A stretch of DNA of 64,000 bases from a plasmid: sequence record NZ_CP118102.1. One strand, written 5' to 3'. The position numbers and the translations under genes were made by a program. Of this stretch, positions 37,137 to 46,305 are shown in pieces. The notes under the pieces were generated by a model. It saw only the letters and a list, made by a program, of their open reading frames with translations, searched no databases and had not been told where the DNA came from. Every line of letters starts with the position of its first letter. Within the stretch, counting starts at the first letter, position 1.

Positions 37137-37712
37137 TCATTTCATTGATATTGCTATCAAGATCATTTCCTCTTTAGTTAAATCTCCGCTTTGGATTTCA
37201 ATGAAAGTACCATCTTGTATCCATCGTAGGTATCCTCCTGATTTATGGTTAGCCCATTGTTCAAATCGCCCTTCTATTCCATTCATGTTAATTTTCTCTC
37301 CATGTCCATTAAACTTAAATTCCTCGACTATAGTTCTTGTTGTACTTGATTGGTTGCGAAGATCGATGTTAGTGACAACCCGGTTCATTTTATATCCAAC
37401 TGCCTTATGTTCTTCAATTCCAAACAGATATGTCTTTCCTGATTCATCAAAAAAATGAAGTCTAACTTTTGAGACTGATCGACTATGATCAAACGGATAT
37501 GGTTCCTTAATTTCTAATTTATAGCTTTGAACGGAGGAAGACGGTGTAAAAAGTTTGAAATCAGCAATAGTTTTTAACTTATACAATTCAAAATCCGAAA
37601 AAGTTAGCGTAGGTTTAGCTGATGCGATGAGTAAGTTATTGTTGATTCCAACAGAAATCCAACAAATAAAAATCAATGAAATAATCCATCTAGACAAAAA
37701 CATTCCCTCCAT
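37137..37712 (-). CDS. Hypothetical membrane-anchored/secreted protein (191 aa)
   Basis: N-terminal TM segment; no family recognised. Confidence 0.45.
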   Translation of the reverse strand: MEGMFLSRWIISLIFICWISVGINNNLLIASAKPTLTFSDFELYKLKTIADFKLFTPSSSVQSYKLEIKEPYPFDHSRSVSKVRLHFFDESGKTYLFGIEEHKAVGYKMNRVVTNIDLRNQSSTTRTIVEEFKFNGHGEKINMNGIEGRFEQWANHKSGGYLRWIQDGTFIEIQSGDLTKEEMILIAISMK

Positions 37713-37759
37713 ATTTTTTTGGGAATATTATGCCCTTGTTTAATTAAACTAACCTGCCC

Positions 37760-39699
37760 GTTACTAGAGTAAAGGGCTGGGTAAACCAGCCCCTCCTCAT
37801 CAAACCGTACGTGAGGTTTTCCCTCATACGGCTTTCCGATGTTCGTCATTCATGTGCATACAGATTACAAAAGCGTTTTGAGTCCACATTGACTCGCCAT
37901 GTTCCTCACTTCTTGGACTGCACTTTGCCACCGAGAACGTTGTCTTTTCTTTGCATACCACTTTGCCAAACGCAGCACAATGTACCAATCTAACTTCGCC
38001 ATTTTTCGTTGGCTGTAGGACGTGTGGTAGTAATTGCGCCACCCCTGAATCTTCGGATTCAGCCAACCTATGTGCTCCGCGAGTGACTTGTGTCTTTGGC
38101 TGGACGGAGCTAAGCGCTCTTTTACCACTTCCCGGATGCGTTCCTCCGCTTTACTGCACAGCCACTGCTGCGTGGTGTAGTACACTCTTCCGGAGGATGT
38201 CTCAGCTTTCGTCTTGCGATGATGCATGCCTAGAAAATCAAACCCTTCTTCTCCTGTCCATAATCCTACGATCCGCGTTTTCGTCGGATGCAAGGTCAGT
38301 TCCAGACGCTCCATAATCGCACGTATGAGTGCATACGCCCGATCTGCATCTTTCTTCGTTTTGCATACGACAACGAAGTCATCCGCGTAACGCGTAAGTT
38401 CCCCATTTTCACTGCCATGTCGTTCCCACAGAATATCAAAATAATTCAAATAGATATTCGCTAGCAGGGGGGATATCACACCACCTTGTGGTGTACCCAG
38501 ATCGGATCGCCTGATCTTTCCTTCCTCCATCACTCCCGCGTTCAGCCACTTCCTTACCAGCTTCAGGACGCGCCTGTCGCTGATTCGCATCTCTACCAGT
38601 TTCATCAGTTTCTCTTGGTTGATGTTGTCGAAGTAACCTTGGATGTCGACGTCGACCACCCAATTTCCTTTTCGGTTGCAGGCTTTTCGGATTCGGTCCA
38701 GTGCCCCTTTCGCACTTCGTTTTGGACGGAACCCAAATGAGGATTCCTGAAAGTCCGCTTCAAAGATCGGTTCCATGACCAGTTTCGCTGCCATCTGGAT
38801 GACGCGGTCTCGGACGGTTGGGATGCCCAGCGGTCTTTGCTTCCCGTCTTTCTTCGGAATGTAGTGCCGGCGGACGGGCTGTGGATGGTATTTGTTTTCC
38901 TTCAAGTGTCGTTGGCATTCGTACAGGAAAAACGCTTCTCCCTTTTCCTCAATATCCGAAAATGTTTCTCCATCGACGCCAGCCGATCCTTTGTTAGCTC
39001 GTACTCTCCGCCAGGCTTCCTCTAATACATCCATTCGATAGACCTTGTCGTACAACGCGTGGAATCTGCGCTTTTTGTTTTCCTTGGCCGCATGACCTAG
39101 TTTCTTCTGGAGTTGTTGAACGTTTTCCTTTGGTGTCGTTAGCCGTTTGGCATTCACTAATTCGTACCTCCTAAAAAAAAACATGAACAAAGCAGGGCTC
39201 CTTCCCTCCTGCAGGTTGTGTTGTCCTGCAGTTCCTCAGTACTACGAGCCCCTCGGACTCCCTTCCTGCAAGTAGATCATTTCATCTTTTGGACTTATAG
39301 ACCACTTTGTTACGGTTTCAAAAAAAAAAAAAAAAAAATCCGTGCAGGGGAGGGTCTCCCCAGTTCACTGCATCTTCTTTCATATCATGCCGATCCCCTT
39401 ACGCCGGAGGATTCTTCACTGCCGCTCCAAGTTCTTAGCAGTTTCCGTGGCCTTCACCCATTAAGCCGGGGTTCGGCTTCCCCTTGTCCCTCTTGCGAGG
39501 CCTCTTTGACGACGCGGCAGGATTCACTTGATGTTACGGCCTGAAATATTGCTCGCTCTGTCTCCGACAGATACTTTTGTCGATACGCTTCTACGCACAG
39601 TTTTCACCGTACATAGGTATCCTAGCTACACAGGGGCTTGGCCCCTCCTGTGACTGGACTTTCACCAGCTAGAAGATGCGTGCTTAGCTGGGCACGCGC
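37760..39699 (-). mobile_element. Bacterial group II intron (likely class C-like, terminator/hairpin-targeting), copy 1, about 1.94 kb
   Basis: Encodes the RT/maturase. Domain V-like agccgtatgagggaaaacctcacgtacggtt and domain VI-like gggctggtttacccagccc near the 3' end (minus strand). 3' boundary ...ctctagtaac|gggcagg. The 5' boundary is approximate (plus or minus 10 nt). Confidence 0.85.
37865..39190 (-). CDS. Group II intron reverse transcriptase/maturase
   Basis: 441 aa. RT domains with [18 protein letters not shown] and YADDFVVV (RT5/YADD), then the X/maturase domain. Confidence 0.9.
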   Translation of the reverse strand: MFMFFFRRYELVNAKRLTTPKENVQQLQKKLGHAAKENKKRRFHALYDKVYRMDVLEEAWRRVRANKGSAGVDGETFSDIEEKGEAFFLYECQRHLKENKYHPQPVRRHYIPKKDGKQRPLGIPTVRDRVIQMAAKLVMEPIFEADFQESSFGFRPKRSAKGALDRIRKACNRKGNWVVDVDIQGYFDNINQEKLMKLVEMRISDRRVLKLVRKWLNAGVMEEGKIRRSDLGTPQGGVISPLLANIYLNYFDILWERHGSENGELTRYADDFVVVCKTKKDADRAYALIRAIMERLELTLHPTKTRIVGLWTGEEGFDFLGMHHRKTKAETSSGRVYYTTQQWLCSKAEERIREVVKERLAPSSQRHKSLAEHIGWLNPKIQGWRNYYHTSYSQRKMAKLDWYIVLRLAKWYAKKRQRSRWQSAVQEVRNMASQCGLKTLL

Positions 39700-39782
39700 T
39701 TAACGAAAAATGGAGCAGCTGCCAATCGGCAAACTGCTCCTTGTTTTTTTGGACTAACGTGTTTACCGTTAGTTCATTAAAC
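39700..39782. repeat. Composite repeat copy interrupted at its A half-site by group II intron copy 1
   Basis: ttaacgaaaaa tggagcagctgccaatcggcaaactgctcc ttgtttttttgg ... taccgttagttcattaa. Confidence 0.7.
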
Positions 39783-39819
39783 GTACCATGTCTGTATAGT
39801 GATTAAATCACTTTCTTCA

Positions 39820-40722
39820 CTAATCAGTGATTAAAGGCTTTCTTTGGTTAAGCTGATCTTTATTAAAGACTAACTCCCCACGTGTCCAAAATCCTTTTTG
39901 CACATATCCATCCCGATGAATTTTGGTCCCATAGCCATGTTCTAAATTATCTACCCAACCGCCTTCATAAACAGTACCATCATTCCATTTATATATTCCG
40001 TTTCCATCGTACAGCCCATCTTTCCATTCTCCACGATAAAAATCACCATTTGCGTATTCTTTAACACCAAAACCATATTCCTTATCATTAAACCATTGTC
40101 CTTCATATTTTGATCCATCTGACCAACGATACACCCCGGTTCCACATTTTAATCCGTTCATCATTTGCCCGAGGTAAGTTTCACCTGATTCATATTCAAT
40201 ACATATTTGATTCTCCTTTACACTTTCCCATACTCCTTCAACCCTTTTGTTGTCGATATGAATTACGGACTTTATCAAATTAGGTTTTGTCTCATGTTCA
40301 GATTGAGTAACTACTGTTCCTATTTGGGGTTCAAGCAACAAGGGGGGCGGTACAAATTGGTCGTTTACGAAGGTTTTGTAATACCAAGCTGTCAGATCGA
40401 AAATTTCTAAAATAAGTGTTCTCACTTTATTTTTTTCAATGAAAATAAAGCTTTCTCTAGTATCCAAGTATTCTAACTTCTTCAGCGTTGTCACCATGGA
40501 AAAAGGTAAAATTTCAATTTCCATTAGTGCAGATAAATTAATAAAAGGCTCAGAATCATCAATTTCTACATTCTCATTTAGTAGAATCTTTTTAACGATT
40601 AACCGTCCTATTTCTTTCAAATGATTTAAAGCTAAGATGTGGTCAAATTCTAATATATATTCAGCATGATATGCTAAAGAACAGACATCCGGCATTTCGT
40701 TTTCAAACACTTTAAAGCTCAT
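39820..40722 (-). CDS. MORN-repeat protein with uncharacterised N-terminal domain
   Basis: C-terminal repeats YEGQWFNDKEYGFGV, YRGEWKDGLYDGNGIY, YEGGWVDNLEHGYG. Confidence 0.65.
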   Translation of the reverse strand: MSFKVFENEMPDVCSLAYHAEYILEFDHILALNHLKEIGRLIVKKILLNENVEIDDSEPFINLSALMEIEILPFSMVTTLKKLEYLDTRESFIFIEKNKVRTLILEIFDLTAWYYKTFVNDQFVPPPLLLEPQIGTVVTQSEHETKPNLIKSVIHIDNKRVEGVWESVKENQICIEYESGETYLGQMMNGLKCGTGVYRWSDGSKYEGQWFNDKEYGFGVKEYANGDFYRGEWKDGLYDGNGIYKWNDGTVYEGGWVDNLEHGYGTKIHRDGYVQKGFWTRGELVFNKDQLNQRKPLITD

Positions 40723-40779
40723 TCTCCACCTCCATTTTTCCCGATACTATCCAAATAACTTCTACATATACTTTCAACT

Positions 40780-40872
40780 AACCTGCCCGTTAGCTTAACA
40801 AAAATGGAACAGCTGCCAACCGGCGAACTGCTCCATGCAGTTTTGATCTACCGTTTCCCGTTAGTTTAATCC
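40780..40872. repeat. Complete composite repeat: A, hairpin B, A'
   Basis: aacctgcccgttagcttaa caaaaat ggaacagctgccaaccggcgaactgctcc atgcagttttgatc taccgtttcccgttagtttaatcc. Confidence 0.75.
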
Positions 40873-41177
40873 TTAAGGGGCGACAGGTATAGGTTCTTTT
40901 CTACAGGTACTTTAAGAGGAGGCGAGGGGCGACAAACCCCATTTGGTACTTAAATATCCAGATCAAAAAAATTGGTTCAGTATTCCTTTCTCTGCATTCG
41001 AAGAAGTATCCAGAGTTCCTACAAGCGATAATGTCTTTTTGGCTTGTTGTCCTTTCCTTCTTTTCATCCTGTTTAAAAAAATAATTTTTATAAAAAAATA
41101 AAACGCATGCAACATTTTGTCTCTGAAAGTTGTTTGTAAATTTTAGCCTATTTTATCCAATATAAAAAGGAAACTAC

Positions 41178-41716
41178 ATGCCCAAGCTTTCTAAATTAAA
41201 TTACTAACAACAGCTCTATTATCTTTTTCGGCTGCTACTCTCGTTTCTGGTGCAGTTTTCGCAGCAGATGAATATGTCACAAAACATACTCTCTCAAGCA
41301 GTTCTGTAGACAACAAAGAAATTAGATGGGATGGTTACACAAGGTATGAAACCGCATGGTCATTTGCAGTTAAACTCTAAAAAGATCAGGGAAGAGTCAA
41401 CGTAGCTAAAGATACTTTAGCCCAAATTGAAGACCTCACACTCTTCGATTTTCATTATCCGTCAGAAACTTTCACTGCCATTTGGGTTCCTAGAACAGGT
41501 GCTGACGAAATTCATTTCAATATTGATAACATGGAGAAACCCGGAAGAACAGATAATCACAATAAGAAAACGGCATCTCACGAACTTGGCCACGCTTTAG
41601 GGGTTAGCGACCATTATGAAGACACGTACAGTACACAAATCATGTATGGGTTTGCTTCTAGTACAACAACACTTAAAACACACGAAATCAGCGATTACCG
41701 TTCTAAAAACCCTTAA
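41178..41716 (+). pseudogene. Metzincin metalloprotease pseudogene (multiple stops/frameshifts)
   Basis: Only a 61-aa ORF survives, carrying HELGHALGVSDH (HExxHxxGxxH). The upstream region encodes a signal-peptide-like sequence interrupted by stops. Confidence 0.5.
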
Positions 41717-42019
41717 ACAAGGAGGAGAATGATATGATGAAGAAAGTCATTATTGCAGGTTCTGTACTGGCAGGCGTTCTATTCTGTACCTTTCTAGTTA
41801 CTGAAATCATGCCAAAGCAGGAACCAGTGCATTTTAAGCTGCGACCTTTCTTCGTTACCTACCGTTATGATCCGTCTCGTTTACAGCGCTCACTGAACCA
41901 AACCGAATGAATTTATATCCTCAATAATCAGTCTAGCTTGCGGAGAAGATTATAATTCACATTTCTATCAATGATGACTTAAAGTCATTGATGTTACAAG
42001 CTTTCACTTAGATATATTT

Positions 42020-42892
42020 TTAGGTACAGTTGATAATCAGAATTATTATTCCCATAATTAATGGCGTGATCAAAGAGATAAGAATCGTATGTTTATCTAA
42101 AATAGGAATGATCAGCTTAGTATCAGGAGTGAGAATCTGTTGTAGACGATAATTTATAGCTACATGAGCAAGATGCACACCTTTAAATAGTGGTTCACTT
42201 TTATGCTCCTTGATCAAATTCAATAAAACGTTTCCTATCTGTCTTGTACTCTTCATCTGTTCTATTACATATTGATCTGCTTTTAATTCCATTTGGATTT
42301 CATAGTAGTTAACTAAACTTTTTATCACCGGTAGAAAAACATAACATTCAGAGAGTATTTTTAAAAGAACCGTATAAAAGGGATGTCGTTTAAAACAATG
42401 ATAGTATTCGTGATAAATGATTGCCCTGATTTCCTCATCATTAAACTGATCTAACAGACTTGTGGAAAGGATAATGTCGGATTTGAAGAATCCAGCTGAC
42501 ATTGCTATTTTGTTTTGATTTGATATCACTTTTATTTTTATATTTAATGACTTGTATCTTTCTGAGTACTCAGTAGATAAATCCAACTCCTCCATTTGGA
42601 AAAAGAGTTCCTTCATACCCTTATAGCGAAAATATTGATTAAATACTTGATAACCAAGCGTAAAAACTGAAAAGGTGATAAAAGCATTAATGATCATTTC
42701 GGCAGTTACATGATTAACAAATACATCTGTAAATGTAGCTTGAAGCAATAGAATTATATTATGGTTACTTGGCACATCTTGAAGTTGATGGTATATAACA
42801 TAGCCCATCTGAAAAAGAACCAAACTGCAAATAGCTATCCCTACTCCTACTGCCCGCTTTGGATCAAACAGTATTTTCGAATAACTATTCAT
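42020..42892 (-). CDS. M56-family (BlaR1-like) membrane metalloprotease lacking a C-terminal sensor domain
   Basis: 290 aa. Several TM segments. HExxH motif IIYHEYYHCFKRH. Gene start overlaps the BlaI-like gene stop. Confidence 0.6.
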   Translation of the reverse strand: MNSYSKILFDPKRAVGVGIAICSLVLFQMGYVIYHQLQDVPSNHNIILLLQATFTDVFVNHVTAEMIINAFITFSVFTLGYQVFNQYFRYKGMKELFFQMEELDLSTEYSERYKSLNIKIKVISNQNKIAMSAGFFKSDIILSTSLLDQFNDEEIRAIIYHEYYHCFKRHPFYTVLLKILSECYVFLPVIKSLVNYYEIQMELKADQYVIEQMKSTRQIGNVLLNLIKEHKSEPLFKGVHLAHVAINYRLQQILTPDTKLIIPILDKHTILISLITPLIMGIIILIINCT

Positions 42893-43307
42893 TTTTCAGT
42901 TCCTTCAATTTGTTCTCTAATTGTTGAATTAAATCAGGATCCGCTTTGTCTAGACTATCAATTAAATTACGAACCATATATGAGCCAAAATCAGCAATTA
43001 GTCCATTAGTAACCGCTTGGGTTTGCTCCTGGATAAATTCTTCTTTTGTTGTGGGGGCAGAAAAATAAGTTAATCTTGTTCTGCCCCTGCCACTTGATTC
43101 CTTTATTAAATATTCTTTATCAGTTAGTCTTGTCATAACTGTCATGACTGCGTTCAGTGAGATAGGGGATTCAGCGTTTATTAATTCATGAACTTGTTTA
43201 ATCGTCATTTTCCCGTTGCTCCACAATATCTCCATTATTTTAGCCTCTAACGAACCAAAAAATTTATTGATACCTTCTTCATCTAGATGGAATCTCTTTA
43301 CTCGCAT
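42885..43307 (-). CDS. BlaI/MecI/CopY-family transcriptional repressor
   Basis: 140 aa. Winged-helix penicillinase-repressor pattern ...EAKIMEILWSNGKMTIKQVHELIN...NAVMTVMTRLTDKEYL. Confidence 0.7.
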   Translation of the reverse strand: MRVKRFHLDEEGINKFFGSLEAKIMEILWSNGKMTIKQVHELINAESPISLNAVMTVMTRLTDKEYLIKESSGRGRTRLTYFSAPTTKEEFIQEQTQAVTNGLIADFGSYMVRNLIDSLDKADPDLIQQLENKLKELKNE

Positions 43308-43601
43308 ATTTTCGCTACCTCTTTCAGAAGAGTTTCATTTATTTCTAAATTAATGTTTCTAACTACAAACTATAGTTTAAACTATTTTAAGTCGTATGCC
43401 AATTTAACTTAGCAGCACAATACTATATAAGATCCATTTCCCAAATATAATAAAAGTGCGTTACAAGAGATCCCACTCTTGTAACGCACTTTATGACCTA
43501 TACTGAGTAAAATAATTCCTACCTTTGATCCTATTAATACGAATCATTATTATACCAAGAAACTTTTTTTGGATTAATTTACGCTACTATTCCAACCTGC
43601 T

Positions 43602-44894
43602 CTATAAATAACTCAATGGATTTTGTGGAGTTCCATTTACACGTACTTCAAAGTGCAAATGTGGACCTGTTGAATTCCCAGTTGAGCCCACTTCAGCGAT
43701 TTTTTGACCGCGGGATACAGATTCGCCTTCTTTTACTAGAGTACCATTCTCTCTGATGTGAGGATATAGTGTCCATAAACCATCTCCATGATCAACGATA
43801 ACTGTATTACCATATCCACCATACCACTCTGCCATAATGACCACACCTTCTTCTGCTGCATAAATACTCGTACCCTGAGGGGCAGCGAAATCTGTCCCAT
43901 TATGCATTTTCCCTACCTCACCTGTTATAGGGTGAACACGTGGACCAAAGTTAGAGGAAATGATTGCACCTTGAATCGGCATTCCTAGCACTCCACCTCC
44001 GTTGGAAGAACTGCTGGAGCTCGATTTAGTATTGGAGCTAGAAACCTTTTGCAGTGTTTTTTTTCTCTCTGCCTCTTCTGCAGCGGCTTTCGCCTTCGCA
44101 GCTCTTGCAGCCTGCTCTTCTTTCAACGCATTTTTTTCCTGAACCAGTTCCGACCGTTTTGACGCAATTTCAACCAACATTTGATCTTGCTTATCACTGA
44201 GTTCACTTTGTGTTTCAATCTCTTTCTCATATCCAGCAATCAGCTTCTGCTTTTCTTGCTCTTTACTAGCTAGCTCCGCTTTATGAGCTTTCTTCTCTGC
44301 GTATAGCCGTTTATGCTCTGTATACTGCTTATCAAGTTGCTGTTTCTTCTCTACAACAAGCTGCTTATCTTTCTTGTGTTCAACTAATAGATTTTGGTCT
44401 TGGTCTACTATCATTTTTAAAGAATCCATACGCTGTAGAAAATCGGTGAGGCTTGTAGATGATAACAATACATCCAAATAGGAAACTGTACCATCCGTGT
44501 ACATCAAACGTACTCGGGATTCTAGTAAGTCCTCACGAGCAGCAATCCTCTCTTCTGCAGCTTGTAATTCTTTTTTTGTATTGCGTAAGTTTTCTTCCGT
44601 TGTTTCAATATTGTAGGAGACAGTTGCAAGCTCATTGCTTACGTTATCTATTTGCTTCATGATGCTCTTCAAATATGTTTCTTGCTTTTGCTTATAGTAA
44701 ACGGCTTCCTGCTTTTTCTTTTCAGCTTTTTCCTGCTCTGATGTTGCCGAATTAGACTGTTGTTCGAGCTTTTCCAACTCATTATCAATATCACTGATGC
44801 TTGACGCTGCATGACTATAAGCAGGGCTAAGAATAGTGGCTGTAATCAAACTTATTGCAAGTGCAGTTGCTGTCTTTTTCAACTTAATTCCCAT
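43602..44894 (-). CDS. M23-family peptidoglycan metalloendopeptidase with N-terminal coiled-coil
   Basis: Signal peptide. Long coiled-coil. C-terminal LytM motifs HNGTDFAAPQGTSIYAAEEG and GSTGNSTGPHLHFEV. Confidence 0.8.
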   Translation of the reverse strand: MGIKLKKTATALAISLITATILSPAYSHAASSISDIDNELEKLEQQSNSATSEQEKAEKKKQEAVYYKQKQETYLKSIMKQIDNVSNELATVSYNIETTEENLRNTKKELQAAEERIAAREDLLESRVRLMYTDGTVSYLDVLLSSTSLTDFLQRMDSLKMIVDQDQNLLVEHKKDKQLVVEKKQQLDKQYTEHKRLYAEKKAHKAELASKEQEKQKLIAGYEKEIETQSELSDKQDQMLVEIASKRSELVQEKNALKEEQAARAAKAKAAAEEAERKKTLQKVSSSNTKSSSSSSSNGGGVLGMPIQGAIISSNFGPRVHPITGEVGKMHNGTDFAAPQGTSIYAAEEGVVIMAEWYGGYGNTVIVDHGDGLWTLYPHIRENGTLVKEGESVSRGQKIAEVGSTGNSTGPHLHFEVRVNGTPQNPLSYL

Positions 44895-45407
44895 CCTTGT
44901 ACATATTTTTAAATTCGAATTTTGTCTTTCATTGAGATAAATGGCCTTAAGATTAATAGAGAGATGACGCTACTTGTCCTAAATCGCCTCAAAGTTACTA
45001 AAACCCCTAAAATATTGCCATATATGTATTCGAGATATGGCGAATTATTAAAATTTTGTTACCTTACATAATGTAGTTTATTTCACTCTACCTTGTCAAC
45101 TCTTGGAGACGACAAATAAAGAGAGATTATCAATTTATCTGACAGCAAAGAAGACTAAGAACGTTAAATTTCTTATTAGAGGCTCTCTATGTAGCTTCAC
45201 TTTCAAAACCGCTCTTAGACACATTCCCTCCATTCAAAGGCGCCTTAAACACAAAAAAACCGTCGATCTTTTCATCAGATTAACGGCTTCAAAAATTCAA
45301 TTTTTTAACATATGTTTCGACTGCTTTTTGGAGCATCTTATGCTTATCACTTGGATTGTTCATAATAAGCATCGCAACTTTTTGTGGTGAGTCATCGATT
45401 GATTTCT

Positions 45408-45743
45408 TTATTCTTTTAATTTAAATATCTTCATTTCTTTAGATGATTCATACTCTATTCCTAACTCACTATTGTCTAATTCATATATCTTTGTGCCAAC
45501 ATCAAATTCATTTGAAGAAAGATTGGAAGTTACCGGGCCTTCAGGTTTAGTTTTTTGCTGAACACTAGCAACTATTTTTTTGTTAGGGAAATTGGCAGAA
45601 GATTCAACTCTAGTTCCAATGTATTGTTTATCATTATAAATGAGTAAAGAAGCATTAGAAGAAGACTCATCTGCTCGATTAGAACAACTTATCATTAAGA
45701 GGAGTATGAATGTTAAAGGGTATAATAGTTTAGCGATTCTCAT
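45408..45743 (-). CDS. Lipoprotein, hypothetical
   Basis: Lipobox LLMISCSN. Confidence 0.5.
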   Translation of the reverse strand: MRIAKLLYPLTFILLLMISCSNRADESSSNASLLIYNDKQYIGTRVESSANFPNKKIVASVQQKTKPEGPVTSNLSSNEFDVGTKIYELDNSELGIEYESSKEMKIFKLKE

Positions 45744-45766
45744 GAGGAACCCTCCCTTCTTATCAG

Positions 45767-46261
45767 TTAGTTATCTGATATTAAAACTTCAAGTACTTCA
45801 GTAATTAAATTATTTTGTGTTACAGAAGTGAAGCTCCTTGCACTCTCGTCGTACTCAAATTTTCCGCTAGGTCCTCCCACCATGATATAAGTATCCTCTA
45901 TAGGCTCATCAAGAAATAAGATGTATTCATTTCCAATTTCCATAAGAGGATGATTATAATAGGAGTCTTCTAAGCGCCCGTCTTGTAAGACTTTTATATA
46001 TTTCGCTGTAGAATCTTCATTACTCTTATAAACGTCTGTTACCTTAAATTGGAATTCAGTTATTGGTGTATCTTTGCCGTTCAGAAAAGTTCTGTTAACT
46101 TTATCAGGAACTCCTTTTACAATTAGAGAAGCCTTTTCTTCAACAGTATCTGTAGAAAAGGAAGGGAATGTAGCATGCTTTGTTACAGTTTCTTTTTCTA
46201 CATTTTGAGTTTGTTTATTTATAGACTGGCCTGGTTGTTCCACTAGGATGTAAGATGTCAA
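45767..46261 (-). CDS. Hypothetical secreted protein; N-terminus and signal peptide may extend to about 46300 and abut the IS30 left inverted repeat
   Basis: The frame stays open upstream, encoding ...KKLVLISTGLSFLLTSYILV (signal-peptide-like) with no ATG. Confidence 0.4.
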   Translation of the reverse strand: MTSYILVEQPGQSINKQTQNVEKETVTKHATFPSFSTDTVEEKASLIVKGVPDKVNRTFLNGKDTPITEFQFKVTDVYKSNEDSTAKYIKVLQDGRLEDSYYNHPLMEIGNEYILFLDEPIEDTYIMVGGPSGKFEYDESARSFTSVTQNNLITEVLEVLISDN

Positions 46262-46305
46262 TAAAAAGGATAAACCAGTAGATATAAGTACTAATTTTTT
46301 ATTGG

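Noticed and set aside
26727-40875. Classical integron (IntI plus attC cassette array)
   Set aside because: The recombinase is XerD-like in length between the GKGGK box and HxxRH, about 64 aa, which is too short for an IntI-specific additional domain. The repeats have direct arm-hairpin-arm architecture rather than R''/L''-L'/R' inverted structure, and cores (AGCTAAC / GTTAGCT) only approximate attC consensus. The PATE/MITE explanation is kept as the main hypothesis and the cassette-array idea only as a possibility.
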